Notes: generated by a model from the sequence alone, not told the origin. Shown: positions 50,811 to 61,159, counted from the stretch's first letter. The stretch is 64,000 bases of DNA from Candidatus Hydrogenedentota bacterium (GCA_963745075.1 CAVUWV010000009.1:32001-96000), one strand, 5' to 3'. Made by a program: numbers and translations.

Positions 50811-53649
50811 CTAACGCTCACCGGACACGTCCGTGAGCGGCACGAGCGCATTTCCGCGACGAATTGCCGAAACCAATTCCGCCCGGCCTACGACGATTCC
50901 CGGGTGCTCGCTCGTGAAATCGATCTCGATAAGTTCCGGATTTGCGGTGAGGTCCATGCGCAACGAGCCAACGGTAATCGTGTCGACATTCCACAACGCC
51001 GCCCGCAACAATTGCGTCTGCGCGATTGTGAGCAGGGCCATCGTGCCATGGGCGTGAACGTCCTCGCCCGGCAGCTCCATCGCCAAGGGGGAGTCGCCGA
51101 TGGCGTACAGGAAGACTTCGCGGATTCCGTCCGTGCGATGCACGACGACGCAAAGATACGGCTCTTCATCCTGCTCCGGGGTAACGGAAGGGACGGCAAT
51201 TCGCTCGATAGATTCGATCGCACGGTTGCCTTCGTACGGCTCAACCACGGCAACGAATGTCGAAGCCAGCGGCGCCGTATCGCTTTCTCTCCGAAGGAGC
51301 ACGCGCGGAATCCAGCGGGACTCCGATCCGTAGAGCCCCACGTCCACCCAGCCTTCGGCGAGGTAGGCTTCCGCGTCACGCGTCAGATCCGTATACCGCA
51401 GATGGATGTTCCGTGCGGGATCGACGTAGCCGTACGGATCTTCCAGCGTCCAATCGACGCTCCAACCCGGATCGGGATTCGTATCGGCGCGAAACGCGCG
51501 CATCTGCGCGTTGTCGATGCACGGCGGCGCGTCGACCAACGTCAGTCCTTCGGTCGCCACCGTCCCGAAAGACGAATGAAAGAACTTCGTGTGATTCGTG
51601 CCGCCGGCGACGTCAAATACGTCGATGACGTAGAAGTTCTTCTCGTCGATATCCACCAGGGCCACCAGCCGCTCGTATCGGCCGCCGCCGATCATGTCCG
51701 GTGCCGACGCGCGAACGGCGTGGAACCGGTCCCCGTTGGCCCAGAGCGTGGTCTCCCCGGCGGTCGCCGCCTGATTCTTGCCGTCCACGGCAACCGTCAC
51801 ATGCGCCGCGGTCATCGTGTACCAGACCGCGCGCGGTGCGCCCCAGCCCCCGTACCCCACCGGCGGGTAGCCGAAGTCGGGCACCAGGTCGAGGCCCTTG
51901 GCGAACAGTCCCATGTTCATCCCGTCGCGATGGCTGTGCCGCTCGTTCGAGTCGTAGTCCAGCCACAACGCGCGCCGGTTCTCCCCCTCACCCGATCGCA
52001 GGATGGCGAGGTGCCATTGTTGCTTGTTCACGCTTCCGAGTTTCGGCGTCGATCCGTTCGCGTCGATCACATCTTGAACTTCTTGCTGAAACGCCGCCGG
52101 GTCCTCGGCGAAGAGGTCGTGAGGCAACCCCTCCACTTTCGAACCGTTCGCGAGGTAGAGGACTTGCACCAACCCCGGATCGTTGGTCAAATCCGCCACG
52201 TCCATCAGAAAGGCGTACATGGACGGTTCCGCGCCAGGATTCGCGATAAACGGCACGCCCACGTACGTTTCGTTCTTCTTGCCGATCACCCCCGTATCGC
52301 CCGACCGGGGATACCAGGATTCCATGCACCACGTGTCGAGGTGAAAGCGATACGTCTGCCGGAGCGGGGGATGCCGTTCGTACACGGTTTCCAGAAACCC
52401 CGGTTCCAGACGGCGCATTTGCGACAGGATTTCCGCGAGCGCGTGGGGTGCAATGGTGGTGTATCCGGCCATGCCTTTCTCGCCGCTGACCCCGTCCACC
52501 GCAGTCGCCTTTTCGACGATGCCGTCCAGCAATCCGAGCACTTCCTCCTTGTTGCCCGGCCAACCGAGCACGGTCTTAATCACGAGCATGGCGATATCCG
52601 TACGCGGATAGTTCGACTCGATCCGATTGCGATGGTTCAACGTGTCGACGAAGATGCCGGTCTCGATGTTGCGCTGGATGTCGGTCCAGGAGGTTTTCGG
52701 GTTATCGAGCTTATATTCCTGCGCCTTGGTCGCCAGGTATTTGGTCAGTTCAGTTTCCTGGGCTTTCGCTCCGTCGAAGATGCGGTCATACGCGAAAGCG
52801 AGGTGACGCACTTCTTCGCACGCGTCGTGCCACGTGGAGATCTGCCCGCGTGTGCCCGACGTTGTCTCGTAAACTAGCCCGCCCTGGGTATGGAAATCGA
52901 AAGAGGAATAGAGGTCCCCGACGCGATCCAGCATGATCGCCGCTTTGAACGCGTACTCGGGATTGCCCGTTGCGGCGTATGCCGCGCTCAAATTCACGAT
53001 GCCCGCGTGGACGTACTTCTTCCAATGCCCGAAGATCACGTACCACCCGATGAAGCGCCACCTGTGCCCATCCGCCTGATACCCGGTCCCGTCGTCCACG
53101 CCGAACAAGTGCAGCGGATCGTCGGGGTCCGGATGCTCCGTATTGAACAACAGCGAACGATCCGCCAACTCCGGCTGAAACACGCCATGCTCATCCAACC
53201 CGGATTTGTGGAACGCCTCGAAATCGTTTTTCGGAAACAGTTCCTTGCAGTGGGGACACCGCACTTTCCACGGAAAGGCAAAGGGGTCCACTTCCCACGT
53301 GTACATCCGCACGTCTTCCTTGCACGCGGGACAGTATCCGTCCGACCAGACCATCCACGTCCGCGGGATGTTGGGCCCGAACATGGCCTCCCAGAGTTCG
53401 TCATTGGAGAGATCTATCCAGGGCTTGGCGCGGTCGACGAGTTGCTGCTGCATCGCCTTCGCCCAATCCTGCTCGGCAGCATTCGTCTTCGCGCGGGCGA
53501 GAAGGTCTTGCGGGTAAAAGGCGCTTTGGGTCTTCGTCGGCATGTAATCGGACCGATCGGTCGGAGTCCGTCGGATCGGCTCCTCGCGCCAATCCAGCGG
53601 CCAGCACCACGGCCAAAGCCGCACCCCACATCTGCAGCAAACGTTTCAC
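50811..53649 (-). CDS. Secreted heparinase II/III-like (polysaccharide lyase-type) protein (probable +1 frameshift near 53545-53560)
   Basis: HSHRDGMNMGLF..DFGY..WYTMTAAHVTVAVDG motif. The signal peptide MKRLLQMWGAALAVVLAAGLARG after SD AAGGAG is one base out of frame with the long ORF. Confidence 0.7.
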
Positions 53650-53718
53650 CAGACTCTCCTTAACCAAGTGCAACTTCCGGCAGCATGGCGTTTCGTTTGT
53701 CAAAAGCCGCTCGGCCAA

Positions 53719-53901
53719 AAGAACATCCCCCTTGATCCCCCTTCAAAGGGGGAGTTGTGCTTAACACCATTTATAGGTAATGGCGTGTGCAACCCACTGA
53801 AGCGACGACCCCGGATTTCCCAATTCGCGCCGCGAAGTGGGAGTCAAAATTCCCCCTTTGAAGGGGGCAGTCACGCCGGCAGCGTGACGAGGGGGATGTT
53901 T
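53719..53901. repeat. REPIN/MITE-like element, CCCCCTT-NN-AAGGGGG family, copy 1
   Basis: Inverted termini AACATCCCCCT...CCCCCTTCAAAGGGGGA and TCCCCCTTTGAAGGGGG...AGGGGGATGTT; 53719-53753 is the exact reverse complement of 61125-61159. Confidence 0.8.
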
Positions 53902-53915
53902 CTTCTGAATTCCCT

Positions 53916-54740
53916 TCAGCAATGTTGCGAATACGCGTCCTTGATGCGCTCGACAAACGCGGCCTGATCCCCAGCCCAAAACTCCTCCGAAAAGATCTCC
54001 ACCTCATTGTAGCCGGAGAACCCCTGCGCTTCGACCCAGCCGCGAATCTCCGGAATGTTGATGCAGCCTTCACCCATGAGGCCGCGATCGTTCAGGAGAT
54101 CCCGCGTCGGCGTGCGCCAGTCGCATAGATGAAAGGAGAAGATCGAATTGCCCGCACGCCGGATCTGATTCTCCAGGTCCGGGTCCCACCACAGGTGATA
54201 GACATCCACCGTCACCCCGAGGAACGGCGACGCCAACGCCTCGACCATGTCATTGGCCTGGGCCAGCGTGTTCACCGCCGACCTCGAGTCCGCGTACATG
54301 GGATGCAACGGTTCGATGGCCAGCTTCACATGCGACGCCTCGGCGTGGGGGAGCACCTTGGCGATCCCGTCCAGAATCTGTTTCCGCCCCTCCACGAGCG
54401 CCATGCCCGGAATCGCCCCGCACACCAACACCACCAACGGCGCGCCAATCGCGGCCGCTTCGTCAATGGCCTTGCGGTTCATTTCCAACGCCGCCTGCCG
54501 GCGCTCCGCCGTGTCCGCCGGAAAGAACCCCCCGCGACACAGGCTCACCACCTGCAACGCCGAATCCCGCAGCATCTTCCCGGCCTCTTCCGCGCCGTAC
54601 GGTTCCAGATGCTGCCGCCACACCGTGATCCCCGGCACCCCCGCCTTCTCATACCCCGCAATCGCCTCCCCCAACGACCACGGTTTCGTGGTCATCGTGT
54701 GCAGACAGAGTTTGGAGTGATCGGAAATGGTCGTTGCCAC
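53916..54740 (-). CDS. Sugar phosphate isomerase/epimerase (xylose isomerase-like TIM barrel)
   Basis: SLCRGGFFP, LAIEPLHPMY, DVYHLWWD, FHLCDW, DRGLMGEG and EVEIFS. Confidence 0.9.
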   Translation of the reverse strand: MATTISDHSKLCLHTMTTKPWSLGEAIAGYEKAGVPGITVWRQHLEPYGAEEAGKMLRDSALQVVSLCRGGFFPADTAERRQAALEMNRKAIDEAAAIGAPLVVLVCGAIPGMALVEGRKQILDGIAKVLPHAEASHVKLAIEPLHPMYADSRSAVNTLAQANDMVEALASPFLGVTVDVYHLWWDPDLENQIRRAGNSIFSFHLCDWRTPTRDLLNDRGLMGEGCINIPEIRGWVEAQGFSGYNEVEIFSEEFWAGDQAAFVERIKDAYSQHC

Positions 54741-54952
54741 AGTCCCTGACTCCCTTAATTAAACGTTCATCGGCCGATTGCTCGCAAAGCGAGCATCATA
54801 ATCCTATCGGAGCGGGTATGGGTAAACCCTATTCCTAGGAAAACTGCGCACGCGACGTAACTTATTACGCACAAATCCCTTACGCGAGTAAAGGCTGGCA
54901 CGACGTAACGCGGATTGTCAAGTTCCAACAAGGGACAGCCAAGCGGGATCAA

Positions 54953-55077
54953 TGGGAGCGCCAGGCACCAGCCTGGCGGGTTTCGGAGTGTCTACCGACG
55001 GCAATGTATTGACTTCGCCTTCACGGCCCAGGTGGCGTTGCTCCGAAGCTTCGCCAGGCTGGTGCCAGGCGCTCCCA
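54953..55077. repeat. REPIN-like inverted doublet (GGGAGCGCC... family)
   Basis: TGGGAGCGCCAGGCACCAGCCTGGCG (54953-54978) and its reverse complement with 1 mismatch (55052-55077); each arm is itself palindromic. Confidence 0.75.
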
Positions 55078-55238
55078 GTGATGACAGAACCCCGGTCTTC
55101 GTGAAGTGATGTACGGGCGATTGCCCTGAAGTTCCAACCACCTTGCCGGTTTCGCCACTCCGTGATATGCTTGGGGTACGCCACAGACGAATGGCTAGGG
55201 GCAAGTATGAACGTGTGTCCGAGATAGAGGGGGCAATC

Positions 55239-56132
55239 ATGCGACTTTTCGTTACTGTAGTTCTCGCCGTTGGGTTGCTCGCGGGGCGCGTGCATGGGCA
55301 GGTTTTGGACTCGGATGCTGCTTACATTTCGTCGTTAGTTGAACAGGCAAAAAAAGGTGACGCAAATGCTCAAGCAACCCTTGGCATTGCTTACGACTTC
55401 GGTCAGCGTGTTCCCGAAGACGACCGAGAAGCCGTGAAGTGGTACCGCAAGGCCGCCGAGCAAGATTACCTCCCTGCGCAATACTTCCTCGGCTGTGCGT
55501 ACGCCAGCGGTGAGGGTGTTCCCGAAGACGACCGAGAAGCCGTGAAGTGGTACCGCAAGGCCGCCGAGCAAGGCTTCGCCCCAGCGCAAGACAACCTTGG
55601 CGCTGCCTACGCCAGCGGTGAGGGTGTTCCCGAAGACGACCGAGAAGCCGTGAAGTGGTACCGCAAGGCCGCCGAGCAAGGCAACGCTTCAGCGCAATAC
55701 AACCTTGGCGGTGCGTACGCCAGCGGTGAAGGTGTTCCTAAAGACGACCGAGAAGCCGTCAAGTGGTACCGCAAGTCCGCCGAGCAAGGTGACGCCCCAG
55801 CGCAAGACATGCTTGGCTTCGCATACGACCTCGGTGAGGGTGTTCCCGAAGACGACCGAGAAGCCGTCAAGTGGTACCGCAAGTCCGCCGAGCAAGGCTT
55901 CGTTCCTGCGCAATTCCACCTTGGCCATGCGTACGCCAAGGGTGAAGGTGTTCCCACCGACTACGTACAGGCTTACATGTGGTTGAACTTGGCCGCTGCC
56001 CAAGGACATGAAGACGCGCAAAAGAATAAGGAACTCGTATCTCAGAAAATGACCCCCGAGCAAATAGCCGAAGCCCAAGCCAAGTCCGCCGAATGGTGGG
56101 CCAAGCACAATGAGCAAGCGGCCAATGAGTAG
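55239..56132 (+). CDS. Secreted Sel1-like repeat protein
   Basis: Signal peptide; six 36-aa repeats AQxxLG.AY..GEGVPEDDREAVKWYRKAAEQG; terminal AYMWLNLAAAQG...MTPEQIAEAQ. Confidence 0.95.
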   Translation: MRLFVTVVLAVGLLAGRVHGQVLDSDAAYISSLVEQAKKGDANAQATLGIAYDFGQRVPEDDREAVKWYRKAAEQDYLPAQYFLGCAYASGEGVPEDDREAVKWYRKAAEQGFAPAQDNLGAAYASGEGVPEDDREAVKWYRKAAEQGNASAQYNLGGAYASGEGVPKDDREAVKWYRKSAEQGDAPAQDMLGFAYDLGEGVPEDDREAVKWYRKSAEQGFVPAQFHLGHAYAKGEGVPTDYVQAYMWLNLAAAQGHEDAQKNKELVSQKMTPEQIAEAQAKSAEWWAKHNEQAANE

Positions 56133-56186
56133 GTTTCGTGAGGATTAGGAGCGATGCGCATGGGCCGCGACCTATAGGGGGCAACA

Positions 56187-57074
56187 ATGGCAGATTCTCA
56201 GATTAGGCTAGCGTGCCCTCACTGCGGCAAGCCGTTGAGCGTTCCATCAGAATTTGGCGGGCAACCTGGACGTTGCCGTAACTGTCAACGCATTTTTCAA
56301 TTTCCGCCATCTATACCCATCGTTGCGCATGCCCCGAAGTCAACCGCACTCTAGCCCTGACCGCGTTGTGGTCAGGCATTGCAAATCTACTCTGCTTCGC
56401 CCGTCTACTCTCTCCACTGCCCATCGTAACTGGCCACATAGCCTTGAGTAAGAACCCCAAGTCTAAGTACGACACTTCTTCAAATCGAAAGATGGCGGGG
56501 ATTGGTCTTGCACTAGGCTACATCGGAGCATGTCTCTTTATTGTCTTCATAAGTGGCATCACTGATTCTCAACACAGATTGGCTTCGGGCCTTGACCAAG
56601 CACGCGCCACACCGACGGCACCTAAACGGCAACCGACGACACCCAGCGAGACGAATGAAATACCTACGCCAGCTTTGGGAACGGTGGAATGGCTAGAACT
56701 CGAAATCAAGCACGCCTTGCGTACCTCAAATCGCGATCTTGAGCGGCCGAAAAGAATTGATATACAAGATGGGACCATTACAGTCGTATTCCCAATGAAT
56801 GATAATTTAACAAACGGTCTCATAAAAAGAGGTGCGTACATTGACATTAGGGACACGCTCAAAGCTATACAATCATCCGGCTTTCCCTACACGAGTGTAA
56901 CCCTTGAGAGACCTTTCCTCTTGCAGACAAGTTTGGAAACTCAAGCGAAGAGGTTGTTGTTCGTGTATCTTACTACCGTTCAACGGTGGATAGATCAACT
57001 GGGAGAATTTCTTAACTGACAATGTCATTGCAATCGCCGATTCAGTCTGGACTCACCCCGCAATGAGCAAATGA
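56187..57074 (+). pseudogene. Zinc-ribbon + DUF4190-like membrane protein with three -1 frameshifts
   Basis: First frame: MADSQIRLACPHCGK...RCRNC. Second: ALTALWSG...GHIALS...MAGIGLALGYIG. Later frames: TFPLADKFGN...VVRVSY, then NWENF...ADSVWTHPAMSK*. May be assembly error rather than true decay. Confidence 0.6.
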
Positions 57075-57077
57075 TAA

Positions 57078-57734
57078 TTAACCCCCACCGCATATCTTGC
57101 AGGCTTCATACCCTTGTGCTATTGCCTGCGCTTTCGTGGCGGTCACAATTTGGTTCGCCTTGGTCAACCCTCGACAATCTTGTTTGGCGTGATACTTGTT
57201 GCCGGACTGCGGTGCGATGTAAACCATGCCCGCCTGTGAGGTTGCCGAATACTGTGGAGTTTGCGTGGGGGCACGCTGTTGGTAGCCCGCAGTTGGCGCG
57301 CGCCTTTGGGGCTGCGGAGTCGCCGCTTCGTTCGTGTATTCGGTTACGCTGCTTTCGGCAAGGGCGTCGCCGTCGATGTACCCGTTATAAACACCACCTG
57401 CGCCGTCAGAGATCTGTGCCGAGTACCACGTGGCATCGCCACTTGGTTCTTTGCGCACGCACTGGAAATATCCGTCCGCCGGTATCATCACGGCGGCACT
57501 TCGCGCTGCAGCGTCTTTATTCATTGTCGGATAGAAAGGAGTAGCCTCGCGCACTTGATAGGTTTGTCCGGGCACAAGCGCAAAGGCCGGCGTTGGCGCG
57601 GGAGTAGGCTGCACTGGCGTTGGCAGAGTTGCTGTCGCAGGCGCTGTCGATGCAACGGCTTGCGAGTTCGGTGATTCCGAACCGCACCCCGTGATGAGAA
57701 ACAGAATAGCAAACAATACAAGTGCTGTTCGCAT
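57078..57734 (-). CDS. Lipoprotein with C-terminal small metal-binding domain
   Basis: Lipobox ITGC; P/T-rich linker; C-terminal VYIAPQSGNKYH...CRGL...GYEACKIC. Confidence 0.8.
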   Translation of the reverse strand: MRTALVLFAILFLITGCGSESPNSQAVASTAPATATLPTPVQPTPAPTPAFALVPGQTYQVREATPFYPTMNKDAAARSAAVMIPADGYFQCVRKEPSGDATWYSAQISDGAGGVYNGYIDGDALAESSVTEYTNEAATPQPQRRAPTAGYQQRAPTQTPQYSATSQAGMVYIAPQSGNKYHAKQDCRGLTKANQIVTATKAQAIAQGYEACKICGGG

Positions 57735-57864
57735 GACAGACTACCTTCTCCGTGCGCTTTTGGGTAGTATATCACAACAGTAAGAGTCCGCATCGAACAC
57801 CCGTCTTTCGGGCGAGAAGGTGTGACTCCACGAATCCGACGTAAGCACAAGGTAGTGGCGTACG

Positions 57865-59351
57865 GTGACAGACAAGATCAGATTCAATGCACGAGAGTTG
57901 ATGGAGTTGGCCATCAAGGTTATGCGTCAGTCTGTGCCTGAGCCTCGTACAGATGGCAAAGCAAGTCCAAAAGTGGGTGCGGTCTTGTACAAGCCCGACG
58001 GGACTACGGAAACGGCTTGTCGTGGAGAACTTCGGCATGGCGATCACGCGGAGTTCACGCTTCTCGAGAGGAAGAACCGGGGCAATAAACTGGATGGGTC
58101 GATCCTATTCGCGACGCTGGAGCCCTGCGCCAGCGGAGCGCGAAGCATCCGAAACTGTCATGTGCGGAACGCATTTTCTTGGCCCGCATCAAGGAAGTTT
58201 GGGTCGGTATTCAGGACCCTGACCCTACTGTTGCGCGCAAAGGCATCGGGTATTTAATACGTCAGGGCGTGACGGTCCACATGTTTGACCGGGATCTCCA
58301 GGAGGTCATCGAGAACGAGAACAAGGAGTTCCTCAAGCAGGCGACAGAACGGGCCGCTGAGATTGAAGAGGAACCGAGCAAGACCGCTCTTTCGCCCCTC
58401 GAAGACAAGTTGCCGGCTGCGGAACTCAACGACTTCTCTGAGAACGCTCTGAAAGCATATCGTGATCAAGCACGAATCGCGGAAACAGTCAGTTCCAATG
58501 CGTTCAATCGTCGTCTCCTCCGGCAAGGCCTCCTCAAGAAAGTAAGTGGTGTTTTGGTTCCAACGGGATTCGGATTCCTCCTATTCGGCAGCGAGCCACG
58601 AACGGCATTGCGTCAAGCGGGACTACTCGGGGTCATTCGCTACCCGAATGGTGAAGAAGAGCGCCGCGAATTTGACGAACCGGCCGTGCTGATTCCCGAT
58701 CTCCTGGAAAAATGGCTCAGAGACAAACTCCCAAACGTTTTTGATCGGAACCAGGCACATCGGCAAGACCGTACGGCGTTACCGTTCGAGATGCTCCGCG
58801 AGGCCGTGGCCAACGCGCTCATCCATCGCGACTACAGTATTGACGGTGCCAAATGCCAAATCGTCGTGACTGATGAAGCAGTGACCGTGCAGAGTCCCGG
58901 CGGACCACCACCGCCGATAACTTTGGAACAGCTTCAGGACTTCAGTGCTCCGATGCTGAGCCGCAACCCTGAACTACATTTCGTATTCTCCCGTTTGGGC
59001 ATGGCAGAAGAGCAGGGCCTCGGTCTGGCTTCTCTACGCGACCGAGCAAAGGAACTCGGCCTACCCCTTCCAAGATATAAATGGGACGAACCCTATCTTG
59101 TGCTGACGTTATATCGTTCTCCAGAGGGTGTGACGAAGGCGCTTGGTGAGGACACGCTGGAGGCTCTGAGCAAGTCGGAGCGGAAGGGCTGGCAGTGGCT
59201 TGCCGCGCGCGGCCAGACGAAGTCTCGCGAATATGCTGAAGCTTTAGGGGTGGAGGTTAGGACTGCGCGTCGTCACTTAGGGCATTTTGAAAAGCTTGGG
59301 CTTGTGAGAAAGACCGGTTCCGGTCCTTCCCTGCGGTACGAGGTCAGGTAA
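57865..59351 (+). CDS. Fusion protein: cytidine/dCMP deaminase-fold domain + HATPase_c_4 (RecG-C-like) ATP-binding domain + wHTH (one -1 frameshift near 58143)
   Basis: PKVGAVL, HAEFTLL and TLEPC; adding one A (CGA AAG CAT) restores KHPKLSCAERIFLARIKEVWVGIQDPDP; then LREAVANALIHRDY, SPGG, SRNPEL, AEEQGLG and a C-terminal helix-turn-helix RTARRHLGHFEKLGLV. Confidence 0.85.
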
Positions 59352-59360
59352 CGCGTAGGG

Positions 59361-59448
59361 GGACATTCTTTCGGACAGAATGTCCGAAAAATGGTCATTT
59401 CGGCGATGAGAATTAGCTATACGGACATTTATGCGGACAAAATGTCCG
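59361..59448. repeat. Two related palindromes downstream of the deaminase fusion
   Basis: GGACATTCT-TTCGGAC-AGAATGTCC (59361-59385) and CGGACATTT-ATGCGGACA-AAATGTCCG (59422-59448). Confidence 0.75.
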
Positions 59449-59555
59449 GGTAAGAACCGAAGATAAGGGTAGGGTGTGATCCTGTGCAAATCCGGGCCGT
59501 GACCTTCCTGTAGCGCTCTGTTGAAAGAGATAAGGTCTCCCCCATGTATTTTCCC

Positions 59556-60646
59556 TCACCCCTTCGCCGCGTCCATCATCGAAATGAACCGCGCGAACAA
59601 ATACCGGCTGTCATGCGGGCCGGGCGACGACTCCGGGTGGTACTGCACGCTGAACACGGGCAGCTTCTTGTGCTCCATGCCTTCCACGGAACCGTCGTTC
59701 AGGTTCGTGTGCGTGACGCTCACTTCCGACGGGTCCAGCGAATCCGCGTCCACCGCGAACCCGTGGTTCTGCGCGCTGATCTCGACTTGGCCTGACGTGT
59801 GGTTCATCACCGGCTGGTTGCCGCCGCGATGGCCGAATTTCAGTTTGAACGTCTTGCCGCCGAAGGCATGGCCCAGAATCTGATGGCCCAGGCAGATGCC
59901 GAAGATCGGTTTCTTGCCGAACAGCCCTTGCACGGTGGGGTAAATGTACGGCAACGCCGCCGGGTCGCCGGGGCCGTTAGACAGGAAGATCCCGTCCGGC
60001 TTCTGGGCCAGCGCTTCCTCCGCCGTGGCCGTAGCCGGCATGACGACAACGCTACACCCCGCCTCCTCCAGCAGCCGCAGGATGTTGTATTTGATGCCGT
60101 AATCGAATGCCACGACCCGGTACTTGCCCTTGAAATTCGGATTCCATTCGTACGGCTCCGTGACGCTCACGGCCTTGACGTAGTCGCTTCCCGCCATGTC
60201 CGGCGAGTCAATCGCCTTCTGGATCAGCGTGTCGTGGTCGAATTCCGTCGTGCTGATGCACCGACTTCTTCGCGCCCTCGGTCCGCAGCATCTTCGTGAT
60301 GCGCCGCGTGTCGACCCCGTCGATGGCGACGATGCCGTGTTCCTTCAGGTATTCGGGCAGCGTCTGCGTCGCGCGCCAGTTGCTCGGTTCGAAACAGCAC
60401 TCCCGCATGACGAAGCCCTCAACGAAAGGGCTTGCGCGACTCCACGTCCTCGGGATTGACGCCATAATTGCCGATGAGCGGGTAGGTCATCGTGACGATT
60501 TGGCCGGCATACGACGGGTCCGTCAGGATTTCCTGATACCCCATCATGCTGGTGTTAAAGACCAGTTCGCCGAAGGATTCGCCTTCCGCGCCGACCGCCC
60601 GGCCCTCAAAAACCGCTCCATTTTCGAGCGCAAGTATCGCTTTCAC
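59556..60646 (-). CDS. carA: Carbamoyl-phosphate synthase small subunit (two +1 frameshifts, ~60425 and ~60262)
   Basis: [61 protein letters not shown] and [12 protein letters not shown] spread over three frames. Confidence 0.95.
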
Positions 60647-60755
60647 AGACTAAATCCTCGCAGTTGGTAAATTCCAGATATCATAGCGGAACGGCGGCAA
60701 AACCTTCAAATGTTCCGGGCGTTCAAAGTATCACCCGGGGTAAATCTGACGAACC

Positions 60756-61159
60756 AAACATCCCCCTCGACGCTTTGCGTCTGCCCCCTTCAAAGGGGGA
60801 TTTCCGCGCCCACGCCTCGCGGGGTGTGACAGTTGATCGGAAACCTGCGAATCGTCCATTTGGCATTGTGCCAACCCAAAGCGCGGATTGGCACGGCTCC
60901 GCCTTTGAAGGCGGAACCGACAAAAGACGCCGCTTTGATTGATGCACTGGGAGAGGAATGCGGACTTGGCCAAGAATCTGCAGGAATGCCAATAGCCTCG
61001 GTCTAGGCGCTCCCCCTTTGAAGGGGGAAACATGTATCCCCGGTTTTTCTGTATCGATTAAAGCAAACGAGCACAAATCCAGTTTTCCGTCGCGGCTAAC
61101 GCGCCGCGAAGCGGCTGCGCAAATTCCCCCTTTGAAGGGGGATCAAGGGGGATGTTCTT
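60756..61159. repeat. REPIN/MITE-like element, CCCCCTT-NN-AAGGGGG family, copy 2 (four hairpin units)
   Basis: Units at 60756-60800, 60898-60915, 61011-61028 and 61125-61159; same termini as copy 1. Confidence 0.8.

Noticed and set aside
50742..52877. 711-aa plus-strand ORF
   Set aside because: Antisense to the heparinase-like gene; no recognisable domain.
54767..54952. 61-aa minus-strand ORF
   Set aside because: No SD or motifs; it overlaps the likely promoter region (TTGACA at 54917-54922) of the sugar isomerase gene.
55370..55960. Regularly spaced repeats as a possible CRISPR array or DGR template/variable repeat
   Set aside because: The 108-bp period is in frame and encodes Sel1 repeats; the intervening segments are homologous to each other; no cas or reverse transcriptase gene is present.
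57865..58257. ribD
   Set aside because: The deaminase motifs resemble RibD, but there is no reductase domain or rib operon, and the frame continues into an ATP-binding/wHTH module.
58179..59351. recG helicase
   Set aside because: Only the so-called RecG C-terminal (HATPase_c_4)-like domain is present; no SF2 helicase motifs.
54760..59555. Integron cassette array or prophage remnant
   Set aside because: Genes are in mixed orientation; I found no attC-like RYYYAAC...GTTRRRY sites, integrase or phage genes.
59556..60646. carA (and TBDR, cyclase, HD-GYP) as true pseudogenes or programmed frameshifts
   Set aside because: All catalytic or structural motifs of carA, the TBDR and the cyclase are intact, there are no canonical slippery heptamers, and indels are spread across the window; sequencing error is more parsimonious.
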